Assembly: GCF_009914755.1 (NCBI RefSeq)
Contig: NC_060939.1
DNA length: 64,000 nt
Reading direction: 5' to 3' (one strand)
Source of the DNA: the human T2T-CHM13v2.0 reference genome, Homo sapiens
Shown: positions 40,717 through 55,625 of the stretch, one piece after another
How positions within the stretch are numbered: the first letter of the stretch is position 1
Layout: the number at the start of each line of letters is the position of its first letter
Program-made: the position numbers and the translations under genes
Notes under the pieces: model-generated
Seen by the model: the letters and a program-made list of their open reading frames with translations, nothing else
The model's database searches: none
Told to the model about the DNA's origin: nothing

Positions 40717-41849
40717 CTAAAACCTGAATGCATCCAAGATCATGTTGGAAAGGCTGGCCTGTCTTTCTGGAAGGTTTCTACCAGGGTTTCCCATCATCCT
40801 TACCTTTCCTGTTTCCATCACTCACAGAGTGGCTGTTCTGTCATTCCTAGCCCCCCACAGGGGCATCTGCGGGTGTATGGGGCTGCTGCTCCTGCCCTTG
40901 GTGGGGCTTGTGACCCTAGATAGTCTTTGAGCTCCCTGAGGGTGGATTCTTCCAAACACTCACTGGAAGGCTCTGCACACAGCATGCCTCAGTGAGCTCT
41001 CTTGCCCACACCCCCAACCCTCGGGAGGTAGGCTGGGTACAGGGGCTACCTGGCTGCGCATGGATGATGACTGAAACCTGGCAGTGGGCCTGAACCAGGG
41101 CTTCTTTAGGACAGAGACACTCCTCCCCCTTCCAGTGTCCCTGTGGTGGTGGAAGCCACAGTAGCAAGCAAAACCTTTCATATTCCAGGGGCCAGGATGA
41201 AAAGGAAACCTCTAAGCCATTTGTATTTGTAAAGCGCAGCTTAAATGCACTGGGGGAGAGGAAGCTGTACTCAGCTAAGAGCTTCTGCATGAGTTGAGTC
41301 TCCTCCAGTTTCCAGCCTGACCTCCTGGGGTAGGCCTTGCCAGGTCCCCCTGAGGCCCAAGGCCCCAGCCTCCTGCCTGACCATGCCGGGTTCAGGGTTC
41401 TGGTCAGGGTTCAAGTGCTGGGTGGACCCAGGGCAACACTGTGGCCTCCAGCAGCTGCCAGCAGCTCCGGCAGTAGTCCGTCCTTGGGAGTGTGGAGGCT
41501 GAGCAGACTGGCTCATTATGGTCTGGTGGGCATCCCTGAGCCAGGGGCTGGCCCAGGAACTTCCCAGAAACACTGGAGCAGATGGGGCTGTTAAAAGGCA
41601 CGTCCCTGAGCTTTCAGCCCAATTACCTGGGGCGGAAATGCGCTGAGGCCATCTGCAAACTTCTTCAAGATCCAGCCCTGTACTTGCTTGCTTCCTTCCT
41701 TCCTGAATAATTGAATAATTCCCTTAAAATTCTGTAGGACCTCCTTCCCTTCCCCCAACACTTCGTGAAAGCAGCAGAAGGGGTTAGTGGGAGCAGGGAG
41801 GTGGCCAAGTGAGGGCAGTAGCCCGTGGATTCAGGAGACTGGCTACATG

Positions 41850-44030
41850 CAAGGGCATTGAGCAATACATAAATATAGCGCGAAGAGTGGGAGCCAGGTT
41901 TCTTGTTGTTGGAGAAGGAAGTTGAAAATATGGAAAGGGGAGAAGTTTGAGTGAATCCTATGAGGATGGACTGGAAATAGAGGTATTGATGTGAACTTAT
42001 GATTTTTAATGTATGGATCTAGAAATAAATATAAATATATGTGTATACACACACACAAATACACACACACATTCCTTGGCTCTGGACACTGAGAAGGTCT
42101 GGGAGCAACAAGCCCCCAAAATAAATGAGCAAATCTACAGCCCAGATCTGCCCCCAAATCATTCGCCACTGAAAGGAATCAGGGCTCCTTGGAGAAATGA
42201 CTGATTCCAGGGCTGGGGCAGGGGAAATAGAGCACTTGAAACATCTTGTTGTTTCAGACAGAAAGTGCTCAAAGAATGATGGGGACATGTCGAAAGCACA
42301 TAAGATAATATCCAGAATATATAAAGAACTCCTGTGTCCAACAACAGAAGAAACAACCCAATTAAAAAGGACTTCAATAGACGTTTCTCCAAAGAAGATA
42401 TACAAATGGCTGATAAGAACATGAAAAACGATCACCATTGCTAATCACTAGAGAAATGTAAAGCAAACCCATAATGAGATGCCGCCTCACACCCATTAGG
42501 ATGGCTACTATCAAAGAAAGAAAATAAGCATGGGTGATGATGTGAGAAATTGGAACCCTTGGGCACTGGGTTGGTAGGAATATAAAATAGTGCAGTTGCT
42601 GTGGAAAACCGTATGGCAGATCCTCAAAAAATTAAAAGTAGAATTACCATATGATCCAGCAAGTCCACTTCTGGGTATACATCCAAAAGCATTGAAAGCA
42701 GGGACTTGAAGAAATATCTGTACACTCATGTTTATAGCAGCATTATTCACAAGAGCCAAAATGTGGAAGCAGCCCAAGTGTCCCATCAACAGATGAATGG
42801 ATAAACAAACTGTGGTATAACCATACTGTGGAATATTACTCAGTCTTAAACAGGAAGGAAATTCTGACACATGCTACAGCTTGGATAAAACTTGAAGACA
42901 TTATGTTATGTGAAATAAGCCAGTCACAAAAGGACAAATACTATATGATTCTACTTATTTGAAGTACATAGAGCAGTCAAATTCACGGGCACAGAAAGTA
43001 GAATGGTGGTTGCCAGGGGGTGGGGGGAGGAGGCATTGTTTAATGGGTACAGAATTTCAAGTTTGTCAGATGAAGAGCCCTGGAGATGAATGGTGGTGAT
43101 GGTTGCACAACAATGAGAATGTCCTTAATGCCATTGAATGGTACACTAAAGCTGTTAAGATGGTACATTTTATGTGTATTTTACCACAATTTAAAAAATA
43201 AAAATGTAAAATTAAAGAAAAAAAAGGACACAACAGCCAGCTTGAAGAGGCTCCCAATGGCCACATCAGGGACAATTTGAGCATCAAAATGATGATCTGT
43301 GAGTTAATATTAATACAAGTAAGTATATGAATAAAAAATAGGGAGAAGAGAAACTCTTACTTAAAGTAGAATGCAAACTAATAAATGTAGAAGGGATAAT
43401 GGAATTAGGAAATCACATTTTGCAAGCACTGTAGAAATATTTGATTTAGTCAAGAATCATTAATGGATACTAAACCTACTGGGTAAATTTTTGATGAGAA
43501 ACAGGATATTTACCTAATTTCAAACTTACTCTATATAAAATATTAATTAATTAATTATAAGTTAATTAATAAGTATAATATACTCATTAATTTAACACTG
43601 GTGAAGCCTGGTAGATACCATCTTAGCCAAGGAATAAAAGTTAGTATCTCCAGTAATGGGGCAAACTGACCACGAATAACCTGACAGGATGCAATGCAAA
43701 GAACACAGCATTACTTTTGTACATTCCTGCCCAAAACACGTTAACATCAGAGCAACTTAAATTGTGAGCCATTCTACAAAATGACCAGCCTGTAACTGTT
43801 CTAGGTGTCAAGGTCATCAAAGTAAAGATGAAGGAACTGTCTAGGACTGAAGGAGAGTAAAGACATTTGACAATTAAATCAACATGTAATCATGGATAGG
43901 ACCCTTTCGATATAAAGGACATTATTGGGATAATAATGAAATTGGGATGGAGTCTAAAGATTAGACGGGAGTAAGAGAGCATCCTACCTTCACTGGCTGC
44001 AATGAGGTTTGGGAGAGTGTATCTGCTTAA
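41850..44030 (+). mobile_element. L1MC-like 3' region (host of a nested L1MB)
   Basis: Colinear with the second copy at ~53.0-54.9 kb across the insertion point. Confidence 0.7.
42302..43225 (+). mobile_element. L1MB-like 3' end (ORF2 tail, 3' UTR, A tail), nested insertion
   Basis: cacacccattaggatggctactatcaaa, gaattaccatatgatccagcaagtccacttctgggtatac, gatggttgcacaacaatg...ttttaccacaat plus A-rich tail. Confidence 0.85.
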
Positions 44031-44214
44031 ACTTCTTCTCAAATGGTTCAGAAAAAAATAATTCCTGTCTCTTTCTCTTTCTCTCTGTCCTTCTATCAAT
44101 GCCTCTACCCTATGACCCACTCCTGGGGACAGAGCCAATAGAAAGAAGTGCTTATGTTTGCCAAAAGTCATGTAGAAGAGTATTTATAGCAGCTGTGTCA
44201 TAGCCCTCAATTAG

Positions 44215-44919
<705 letters not shown>

Positions 44920-45339
44920 CTACTCAAATGCCCATCACCAGTAGAATGCATAAACAGTGGTGTATCTATACAATGGAAGATTCCACAGCAGACAGCATGA
45001 ATTAATTATTAATACACGCAACAATGTGGGTGAATTTCACAGACATAATCTTAAGCAAAATAATCCAGGCACAAAAGAACATATACTATATAATTTCATT
45101 TCTATGAAGGTCAAGAACAGGCAAAACTAAGCTATACCAAAGTCGATTTAATGATAGGTGGGTACTGCCAGAAAGGCACATAAAGAAGATCTCGGGGATA
45201 CTGAAATGGATAGTGGCTACACACATGTTTGCATATATAAAAATCATTCAAGCTGTACATGTAAGATGTGGATGGTTTACTCTATAAAAGTTACACCTCC
45301 TGTTTCAAAAAGTGAAGTGTGGAGTGAAGTGTTGAAGGG

Positions 45340-46000
45340 AACAGCATGAACTGAAATAAGGTTAGTGTGTATGCCATGGAGAAGGATGAGGTGTGGGAAG
45401 AGGCTAGGGAGGGAGGCAGGCCCTGATACTAGACCTTTGTGGAATTTGGATTTTGGGGGAAAATGGGAAGCTGTGGAAGCTATAGAAGGGGTCTAAGAGG
45501 GAAGCGACATAATCACATTGCATTGTACAAAGGCCTCTCTGGCTACAGAGGGCGCAGCAGCTTAGAGGGGCCCGAGTCGGGGCAGGCAGACCAGTCATGA
45601 GGCTGCTGTGGTCCCAGCTCGGGGTGGCGGTGGCTTGACTCTGCATGTGCTGTGGGGATGCAGAGCAGCAGGCAGCTTTGCAGAATTGTCAGGTTGATGA
45701 TAAATCGTAGGTGGGGCAAGGGATATACAAGGAGTCCTAGAAATGTCCAGGTTTTTTCCTTGAGTGACTGGGCAGATTGTGAAGCATTTCCTGAGATGGG
45801 GAATATTGGAGGGGAGGAGGTTTTGGGGACAGTGGAGGAGGATGTGGCTTGGTCATGGTTGGGTTGAGTTTGAGATCCCCATGGAAGCAGTAGGAAATAA
45901 ATCAGGAGAACCCAAAGACAATGGGCTTGAATGCCTGCCCTAGGGGCAAGACGGGTACACAAATGAGGGGAGTGGCCAGTGGGTACAATAGACAGTGGTG
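45340..46000 (-). mobile_element. L2 fragment
   Basis: ggcagaccagtcatgaggctgctgtggtccc, tttcctgagatggggaatattgga motifs. Confidence 0.65.
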
Positions 46001-46145
46001 GAGACTGTGGAAAAGGGGGAGTGTATGTCTTTTGTGAAGGAGGCAGCCGCCAGCTAAAGCTGATTTAGGATAAACGCCCAGCAGTACTGGCCTTCCAAGT
46101 GTTCAAGAGAGGGTGGAAGTCTGGATTTCGATATGAAATCTGCTG

Positions 46146-46357
46146 TTTTTTTTTAAAAAAGTTATCTTATTTTTAAATATTTATTTATTTATTTATTTGA
46201 GGCTGGGCTGTGAGACTGGCTAAGTTTTGTATTTTTGGTAGAGATAGGGTTTCCCCATGTTGCACAGGCTGGTCTTGAAGTCCTGGGCTCAAGCGATCCT
46301 CCTACCTGCTGCCTCCCAAAGTGCTTGGATTACAGGCATGAGCCACCATGCCTCGCC
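46146..46357 (-). mobile_element. Short Alu variant: left monomer, linker, ~20-nt non-Alu segment, (TAAA)n tail
   Basis: Minus strand reads ...ctaccaaaaatacaaaacttagccagtctcacagcccagcctcaaataaataaa; TSD-like tgaaatctgctg / tgaaaactgctg. Confidence 0.8.
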
Positions 46358-47095
46358 TGAAAACTGCTGATTAAAAAAATATATTTTTTAAATGGAAGGA
46401 TACATGCAGAAAAACATAAATGTTAAGCACACAGCTTGAAGGGTGATCACGAAGTGAATTCACTCATGCTGATTTTCAAAACACTCCAAACATTGTAGGC
46501 CAAACAGAACATACCTGCATGAACATGGGGCCACCATTTGGGAAACCTGAGACAGAGGTTTGAGAAGGAATGTGGCTGGCCTTGGGGGCAGGGTTGTGGG
46601 TGAGACAGAAGGAGCAAGTGGATAGTGAGGGGGAAAGAGTGGCAGTGGATCTGTGAGCAAGGCCAGATCCGATTCAAAGGTGTGGGGAGAAGAGGAGCCT
46701 GCAAGGGTCCCATGACACCCTCCAGGGGCCCTTAGTCTCTAGTGGGCTGATGCTGCAAGTTGCAGATGTGGAGTTGGGCCACCCAGGGAGGCATCAAGGA
46801 GGAGGTGGTCTCACACACAGAGGGGGAAAGCCTAAAGTTCCCTTAGGATCCCCTAGACACTGGGCAAGGTATAAATACTGCTCGAGGGGAATTGGATTAG
46901 AGAAATTGATGGTGCTCTGATTTCATTTTCTCTCTTGATGAAAAATGTATGACTTTTACACCGTGGCAAAACAAGAAGCACACGGCTGGCCATGGTGAAT
47001 GGCCAGCACAGTCATCGCTGGCAACGATGGCATGCATAGTCAAGGTTGTGAACTTTTGCCAGCTCACCATTTCTCACAGTTAAGATAGTTATTTG

Positions 47096-47258
47096 AGCCG
47101 GGTGCAGTGACTCCCACCTGTAAGTCCTGGCTACTCGGGAGACTGAGGTGGGAGGATATCTTGAGTCCAGGAGTTCAAGGCTGCAATGAGCCATGATCAA
47201 GTTGCTGCACTTCAGCTTGGGCAACAGAGCAAGACCCTGTGTTTGAAAAAGAAACAAA
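47096..47258 (+). mobile_element. FRAM-like Alu right monomer
   Basis: Monomer with ggagttcaaggctgcaatgagccatgatc and an A tail. Confidence 0.82.
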
Positions 47259-48029
47259 GATATTTTTCTCCTCTAGGATGCGATGAGGTCACACATCCTC
47301 CACTGTACCACCCCACCATGTGTGTCCCACTTGGGGCTCCAAGACCCAGACCCTCCCCAAAAGACAAACAAACCAACCAGCTCAACATGACCATCCCCCT
47401 CAAGAGTCCCCAGGGGAGATGTCTGAGTGGTGAGAAGGGCACTGAACTCCACCCCGAGGCTTTGCGAAGAGGGGAAGGCTAAGCTGAGACTTAAACAGAA
47501 CTTCCCAGGGGAAGAAGGGGAGTGGGGTGTGGGCATTCCGGGAAAAGGGGACAGCAAGCGCGTAGGCTAGAAGTGAGACACAGCCTGGTTGTGTGAGACA
47601 CAACGGGCAGCTGAGCTAAGGGTGTGCGACACTAAATAAGGGGACTAAGGCCAGGTGCCAGGCAGGGGCACTGCTGCAGGACCAGCAGGGTGGAGGCTGC
47701 TGTGATAGGCCGATAACCTGTCCCCATCGCCTCCCCGCAGCATGGTGGCCTCACCGTCCCGCACATGTCAGTCCCTCGTCCAGACCCCTGCTCGAGCCAG
47801 TCTTGGCACCTGGAGTTCCCTTCCCCTCCACCAATGCTCACCTTGGTCCTAGAAGACCTAGGCTCCTTGAGGCCCTGGCCAGGCCCACTTGCCTGTCTGA
47901 ATCCCTGTGGGGATCCACGGGCATCCCTATCACTTAGCCTACTCCCATCCCTGCGGAGACCATCAGGGGTTGCCCCAAGCCTCTGTCAACTCTATCACAT
48001 TGCAGAGGTCTTAATCCTCTACAATGTCT

Positions 48030-48155
48030 GTTTTTCTTTGTAGCCACTGAGGATCTCGTGGTCTACATGGGTTTCATCCACATCTGTGTTCCCAGTGCCC
48101 AGCACAGAGCAAGTCCCATAGCAGGTATTTACTGAATGCTTGTTGAATGGATGGT
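48030..48155 (+). mobile_element. L2 3' end
   Basis: cccagtgcccagcacagag...aatgcttgttgaatggatgg. Confidence 0.7.
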
Positions 48156-48599
48156 GAACGAGTCAACCCTTTGCATGACATGGCATCCACTGTCTGTGAC
48201 CTGGAGATAGTGATGAGAATATTGCTTCACAAATGGCAGTTCGAGGGATTCTATGGCAGTATTTTATTTAAAAGCATAAATGCTGCTGAATGGATGCCGT
48301 GCTTCTGCTTGTCAGGGAGAGGAAAACAGAGGATTCCAGAAAATTGTCTCTAATTTGAGCACAATTTCACTCTTTCTGTTGACATCTCCTGGTGTACTTT
48401 GAAAAGACTGCAATTCTGTACCTTTAGCCAGGAACATCCAGTCGGGGAGATCACCAGAGCAGCTCTGTGGGCGACGGCATTTGAGGCCCAGGCCTCAGAG
48501 CTGCATGTCATGGGGCAAATGGGCACTGGGCTCAGACGACCCTTCCCCTCCCACCCAGCTTCCTGGAGACACTTCGCATACACTGTGCCTGGGGCAGCA

Positions 48600-48780
48600 G
48601 AAAACGCTCAGGTTCTGCAAACAGACTCACTTACTATGTGGATAATTTAGTCTGCCCAAGCCTCCCTTTCTTCTTCTGTAAAATGGGGAGAATGCCTTCC
48701 TAATAGGGTTGCTACAAACAGTAAATGAAATATTGAATGTCGGATACTTAATATAATGCCTGTCATTAGCAGATGTTAAA
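48600..48780 (+). mobile_element. MIR
   Basis: ttcttctgtaaaatgggga...atagggttgcta core. Confidence 0.65.
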
Positions 48781-50172
48781 AAAAATCCCTCCCCACCTAT
48801 CCCTGTGTTCACTCTCATCAACACTAGCCTGGCCCCTGCCTCTGGAAACAAACCTCTCTAAGGGTCTTGGGCTGAGCAGCTGATCCCATCAAGGATGGAG
48901 CTGGCACCCAGAGTTTTCACTTTGTGAGGATTTCTTGGAGCAGGAAAAGTCTTTGGTTCAATAAGGAAGAGAGTTCAAATAGTGGAAGGCGGTGGGGGAG
49001 CCGATAGGGGAGGCTCTGTGAGCTGGGGACCTTCTAAAGGTGAGCATCTGTGATCAGCTGTGATTCTACCACGCCTGCACCAACCCCTCTCATAAACACC
49101 AGTGGTCATTATGCACTGGATAAAATCCCAGCCTTTCAGCCAAGTTTTCAAGCCTTGGTGATCTCGCCCACCTGCCTTCATTCATTCACTCCACGAACAT
49201 GCCCCAGGTCCCCATCTCCACAACTGTACACAGGCTGGTCCCTGGACCTGCTACACCTTCCCTCACTCTTACCTACATTACTCACCAGCCCTTCATGTTA
49301 GAAACCATCTGTGCCCCTCCAGAACTTGGTCCACAGTTGTTTATGCTTGTGCCTTAGCTTCCGCATGGGCTCTAGGCATCTGTAGTCAGGGTCCACAACC
49401 GAGCCATCCTGAGGACACTCAGGCGGAGCCTTGCCTCTCGCTTTGCACCACACCACGGCTCAGCGTCTTCTTGGAGTGAATAAGGGACTGGGCTTCTCTA
49501 CACTCAAGTCATTCCCATCTCAGAACAGTCCAGGTGCACTGAAGGAGGGAAAGCTGGGAGCACACTCCTCCCACAGGCTGTCCAAAGGGATTTGAGAGTT
49601 CCTTTGGGGGTGCTGTACTTTCTTTGCCACATAGGCATGTGGCAGCTATTTGCATGACTATCTGGCATCCTAAGTACACAAAGATGGTTTGTCTATTTCC
49701 CATCTGCTAACCTGCTTGGATGACCTCCTCCTCAGCACAGCACACAAGAGCACTAAAGTGCCCCAGGGATGCTGCAGGCAATGTCTATACCCCATTTCCT
49801 TTTAGAAACCAGCCCGGGTCACGCAGCAATAGAGCAAGCCAAATGCAAATGGCCACCTCCTGGGTCCATCCATTGTCCCTTCTGGCCTAGATCCTGCCTC
49901 AGTGATATAGAAAAAAGATGAAGGTGATCTGGAAGAGGAAGCCCTGAGATGCTGTCAAAGGAAGAAAAAGATCCAGGGTAGAAGTAGGGGAGACGACTGG
50001 CATGTGGGCAACAAACCCTGTCTTCTAAAAACACCTGTGCCCTTGAAGTAGGGAGACAAGCCCGGAAGAAAGTCCTGGAGCTCCACCAACTCCAACGCCA
50101 GTGTGCGCCTACTGCAAACGCAGGCCAAGGGTTATTGTTCCCACTTACAGATGAGAAAACTTAGATAGATCA

Positions 50173-50534
50173 TGCTATGGTCTGAATGCTGGTGTCCCTC
50201 CAATATTCACATGTTAGAACTTGATCCCCAGTGTGATAGTATTAAGAGGTGGGGCCTTTTGGAAGTAATCGAGTCCTGAAGGCTCTGCCCTTATGAATGG
50301 GATTATGTCCTTATAAAAGAGGCTCAAGTGAGCTCCCTGGCCTCTTCTGCCACATAAGAACACAGCAACGAGACGCCATCTATGGAGCAGAAGGCAAACC
50401 CTTACCAGACACCACATCTGCTGGGGCCTTGATCTTGGACTTCCCAGCTTTCAGAACTGCAAGCAAAAAAATTCTGTTGTTTATAAATTACCCAATCTAA
50501 AGTATTTTGTTGTCATGGCAGGAAAGGACTGACA
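50173..50534 (+). mobile_element. MST/MLT1A-family MaLR solo LTR inserted in a MIR
   Basis: tgctatggtctgaatg...gtattaagaggtggggcctt...gccttgatcttggacttcccagc...gactgaca; TSD gatca/ggtca. Confidence 0.87.
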
Positions 50535-50685
50535 GGTCAGTGTCACATAACTCACCCAATCAGAGTGGGCAGGGTAAGGTCTTCTGATTCCAAGGCCAGA
50601 GCCAAGGGGACTAGTTTGTTAGTGATCCTGGGAAGAAGTGCTATTTGCTTATCCAGGAAATACAGATTAAAACCCCAGTACATGG

Positions 50686-51100
<415 letters not shown>

Positions 51101-51156
51101 TTACATGGCTGGTAAGAATGCAAACTGGCATATCAACACTTTGCAAAAGCATCTAA

Positions 51157-51642
<486 letters not shown>

Positions 51643-51677
51643 AGAAAAACATAGTTGATAAAAATATCGTGGTATAA

Positions 51678-51996
<319 letters not shown>

Positions 51997-53663
51997 TTAT
52001 AGAATATGAATGAGCAAGCTATAATTACACATAGCCATGGATAAATGTCACAAACATAATGCTGAGCAAAATGAGTCAGACACCAAAGAGCAAATATTAT
52101 ATGAACCCATTTACACAGTTTTCAAACCAGACATTCATCAATGGTGTTACAAGTCAGGATAGCGGCGTCCCTTAATGTGGGTAGGGACAAGAAAGGATTT
52201 CGGTGGTGCTGGTTGCATGAGGGTGCTACAGTTATGTGGTGGTGGTTACATTTTTCACGAAGTGAAAAATCATCAAGCCATACGCTTATGACTTGTACAT
52301 TATGATTTCGGTATGTATGCTATTCTTCAATAAAAATGTAAGCTTACAAAAATTAAGGACAATCTCTACTAACTGAGAGAGAGTGAATCCAGGATGTATT
52401 GTTAAGTTTAAAATAGTAAAGTGCAAAACTATAACTCTAGAATGCTACTTTGTGTGTAAGAAAGAAGGGGAAATAAGAAATTATTACCCTTTTATATATT
52501 ATGGAAGGGGGAATATATAAATTTATATTATATATTTATAATATATTATATTATATTATAGAAGATTATTTTTGCAAAAAGAAACACAGGAAGGATAAAC
52601 GAATGAGATCAGTTACCTACAGAGGTAGGGTGGGAATGGGGTGGAAGGGATATGAGCAGAGAGCTATTTTTTCTGAGTATAAATGTTTTGTATAGTGTTG
52701 GCTTTCAGAACCACATCAGTGCTTTACCTGTTCAAACAACAACAATAATAAAGGATGGGGGAAGTCTCTAAAATGTAATACAATCAGAAACAAACAAACC
52801 TAATGCATTTCAAATGAATAACAACCACACTAAAAGGAGGGGAAAATCTGACCCAAGGGCATTTTGAACACAGTATTTTACTATATACGCCCAGACAAAA
52901 GATAAAAAAGATCTGCAAAAATGTCAGACTCTAGTTAGCAGGTTTGTTTTTTGCAGCGGTATGGTTTAGCCATTCTGAAACTTCTAGGCTTCGGCATATG
53001 AGTAAATATAATGACAATCACGGGGTCCAAGTTTCTCACTGTTGAAGAAGTGAGTTACAGGTATTGGAAGGGAGAAGACAAAAATGTACCCTTAGGTATT
53101 AAATTGAAATTGGAGGTAACCATACAAGCACATGGCTTTATATAGAGATGTTAATATAGATATGGTCATGGATATTCTACCTCCCAGATCATTCTCTCCT
53201 AAAATAAATAAGGGATCGTTGGAGAAATAGCTGATTTCCAGGACAAGTACGTGATGAACCTGAAAGTAAGAAAATGCTCAAAGAATGATGGGGAAATGTC
53301 AAAAAGACACAGGGGCCAGCTTGAAGGAGCTCCCACTGGCCAAACCTGGAACAATTTGAGCACCAAAATGAATAATGATAAGAATGAATTACAACCCACT
53401 GAATAAAATAAGAATCCCTGAGTCCATACAGAGATAACATAATAAGTATAAATAAATACATGAGGAAAAGAAAAAGCTCTTCTGTATAGTAAAATTCAAA
53501 CTAATAAAGAGGAAATTCTGAGGTTAGAAAATTACATTTGACCAGCATCATAGTAATAATTGATTCAGGCAAGAATCATCAATAGATCCTGAAATTAGTG
53601 GGTGAAAAATCTGACAAAGAACTGGATATGTATATGGTCTAAAGGTAACTCACCACAAAGTAC

Positions 53664-54017
53664 TTTTTTTTTTTGTTTGAGAGAGAGAGACAGGGTCTCA
53701 CTCCTGTTGGCCAGGCTGGCATGCAGTGTGGCACAATCACAGCTCATTACAGCCTCAAACTTCTGGTGGACCCAAATGATCCTCCCACCTCAGCCTCCAG
53801 AGTAGCTGGGACTACAGGTGCATGCTACCACACCTGGCTAATATATACCTATACATATATATGATATATATAATCATATGTAAGTTATATACATCATATC
53901 ATATATGTAGATATATGACATATATATAGATATATGAGACTTATCATATATGTACATATGAGATATATATTTTATATATATATATATGACTGGGTCTCAC
54001 TATGTTGCCCAGGCTGC
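53664..54017 (-). mobile_element. AluJ, truncated, with an AT-rich expansion in its central linker
   Basis: Right arm 53664-53840, (TA)-rich block, then part of the left arm. Confidence 0.8.
53841..53987. repeat. Degenerate (TA)n / (CATATA)n low-complexity repeat
   Basis: Read directly from the sequence. Confidence 0.9.
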
Positions 54018-54248
54018 CCACAAAATATTTATTAAATAGAAATGGAAAAATAGTAACTTTATAGTGCTAGACCACACCTTAACCTGTGATCCAAATTAGT
54101 ATAACTAGTAATAGGTCAAATAGACATCATGTACCTCCTGAGATGATGCACGAAGAAGGACACAACTTCACTTCTGTGATAATCCTGCAAAAATCAACAA
54201 CCTGCATTTAATCATGAGGATACATCAGACAAACCCAAACTAAAGACT

Positions 54249-54563
54249 ATTTATGTATTTATTCATTTATTTGAGACACAGTCTCTCTCTGTGGCCCAGG
54301 CTGGAGTGCAGTGGTGCGATCTTGGCTCACTGCAGGCTCCGCCTCCCAAGTTCAGGCCATTCTCCTGCCTCAGCCTCCTGAGTACCTGGGACTAAAGGCG
54401 CTCGCCACCACATCCGGCTAATTTTTTTTTTTTTTTTTTTTTTTTAGTAGAGATGGGGTTTCACCGTGTTAGCCAGGATGGTCTTGATCTCCTGACCTTG
54501 TGATCTGCCCGCCTCGGCCTCCCAAAGTGCTGGGATTACAGGCATGAGCCACCATGCCCAGCC
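54249..54563 (-). mobile_element. AluY-like with central T24 tract (54422-54445)
   Basis: tcaccgtgttagccaggatgg and gccattctcc diagnostics. Confidence 0.92.
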
Positions 54564-55159
54564 AAGAACATTTATTAAAATAACTGGCCCACACTCTTCA
54601 AAAATGCCAAGCACATGAAAGACAAAGAAAGGCTGAGGAACAATTCCAAATTAAATATGACTAACAAGACATGACAAGTAAATGCAACCTGGGATCCTGG
54701 ATCAAATCCTGGACCAAAAAAAAAATTAATAAAGGATATTCTTTGAACAATTGGCAAAATTTGAATAAGAAGGCATATAGATCAGAAAATATTATTATTA
54801 ATGTTAATATCCTGATTTTGATAACAAAGACAAGAAAATAACCTTATTCTTAGGAAATACACACAACTATTTTGAGCAAAAGGGCTATGATATCTGTAAC
54901 TTACTTTTGAAAGGCTCAGAAAACAATGATATGTAGGACATATACATAATGTATGTATAATTATATATGCATGAAGAGAGAGACAGGGAGACAGACAGAG
55001 AGAAAGGATGATAAACCAATTGTGGTAAAATGCTAGTTGTTGGGGGATTTGGGTGAAGGGTAAATGTGAATTCTTTGCGCTGGTCTTGCAACTTTTCTGT
55101 AAGTGTGCAATGATTCCAAAATAAAGATTTAACTAACTGACTAAAAAAATTCCATGCTT

Positions 55160-55625
55160 ATTTTTATTATTTACATACTAGATAAAATTGACATGCAACC
55201 TTAAGTGTACAGTTAAATGGGTTTTGACAATTGACTATGTATCTATCATCCAAATCAAGATACAGAACACTTCTTTCATATCATTCCAGAAAGTTCTCTC
55301 ACGTGTTCTTCCTCTCACCCCCTCCTTCCTCCCCATCTGACCTCTATCACCAAGATCCATTCTGCTGCCTGTTCTGGATTTTCACATGGTTGGAATTGTG
55401 TAGAATGTATTCTTTTGTGCCTGGCTCCGTTCCCTCAGGTTAGTGATTTTGAGATTTATCTAGTTAGTTGCGTGTATCAATAGTTCATGCTTTTGTATGG
55501 CTGAGTAGTATTTCATCGCACCAATGTACCACAGGAATCCAGGCACCTGCTGATGGACATCGGGTTGTTTCCAGTTCTGGGTCACTATGAACCAGCCTGC
55601 TGTGGGTGTTCTGACGAGTCTGTGT
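55160..55625 (-). mobile_element. Old L1M 3' end
   Basis: ttaagtgtacagttaaatgggttttgacaa; gctgagtagtatttcat; gatggacatcgggttgtttccagtt. Confidence 0.75.

Larger units (their letters stand above)
52350..55130 (+). mobile_element. L1MC-like 3' region interrupted by two Alus
   Basis: Homologous to 41850-44030; ends ...cttgcaacttttctgtaagtgtgcaatgattccaaaataaa. Confidence 0.72.

Noticed and set aside
46985-47007. Perfect 9-bp hairpin GCTGGCCAT-ggtga-ATGGCCAGC
   Set aside because: A few stems of this length are expected by chance in 64 kb, and there is no extended precursor structure.
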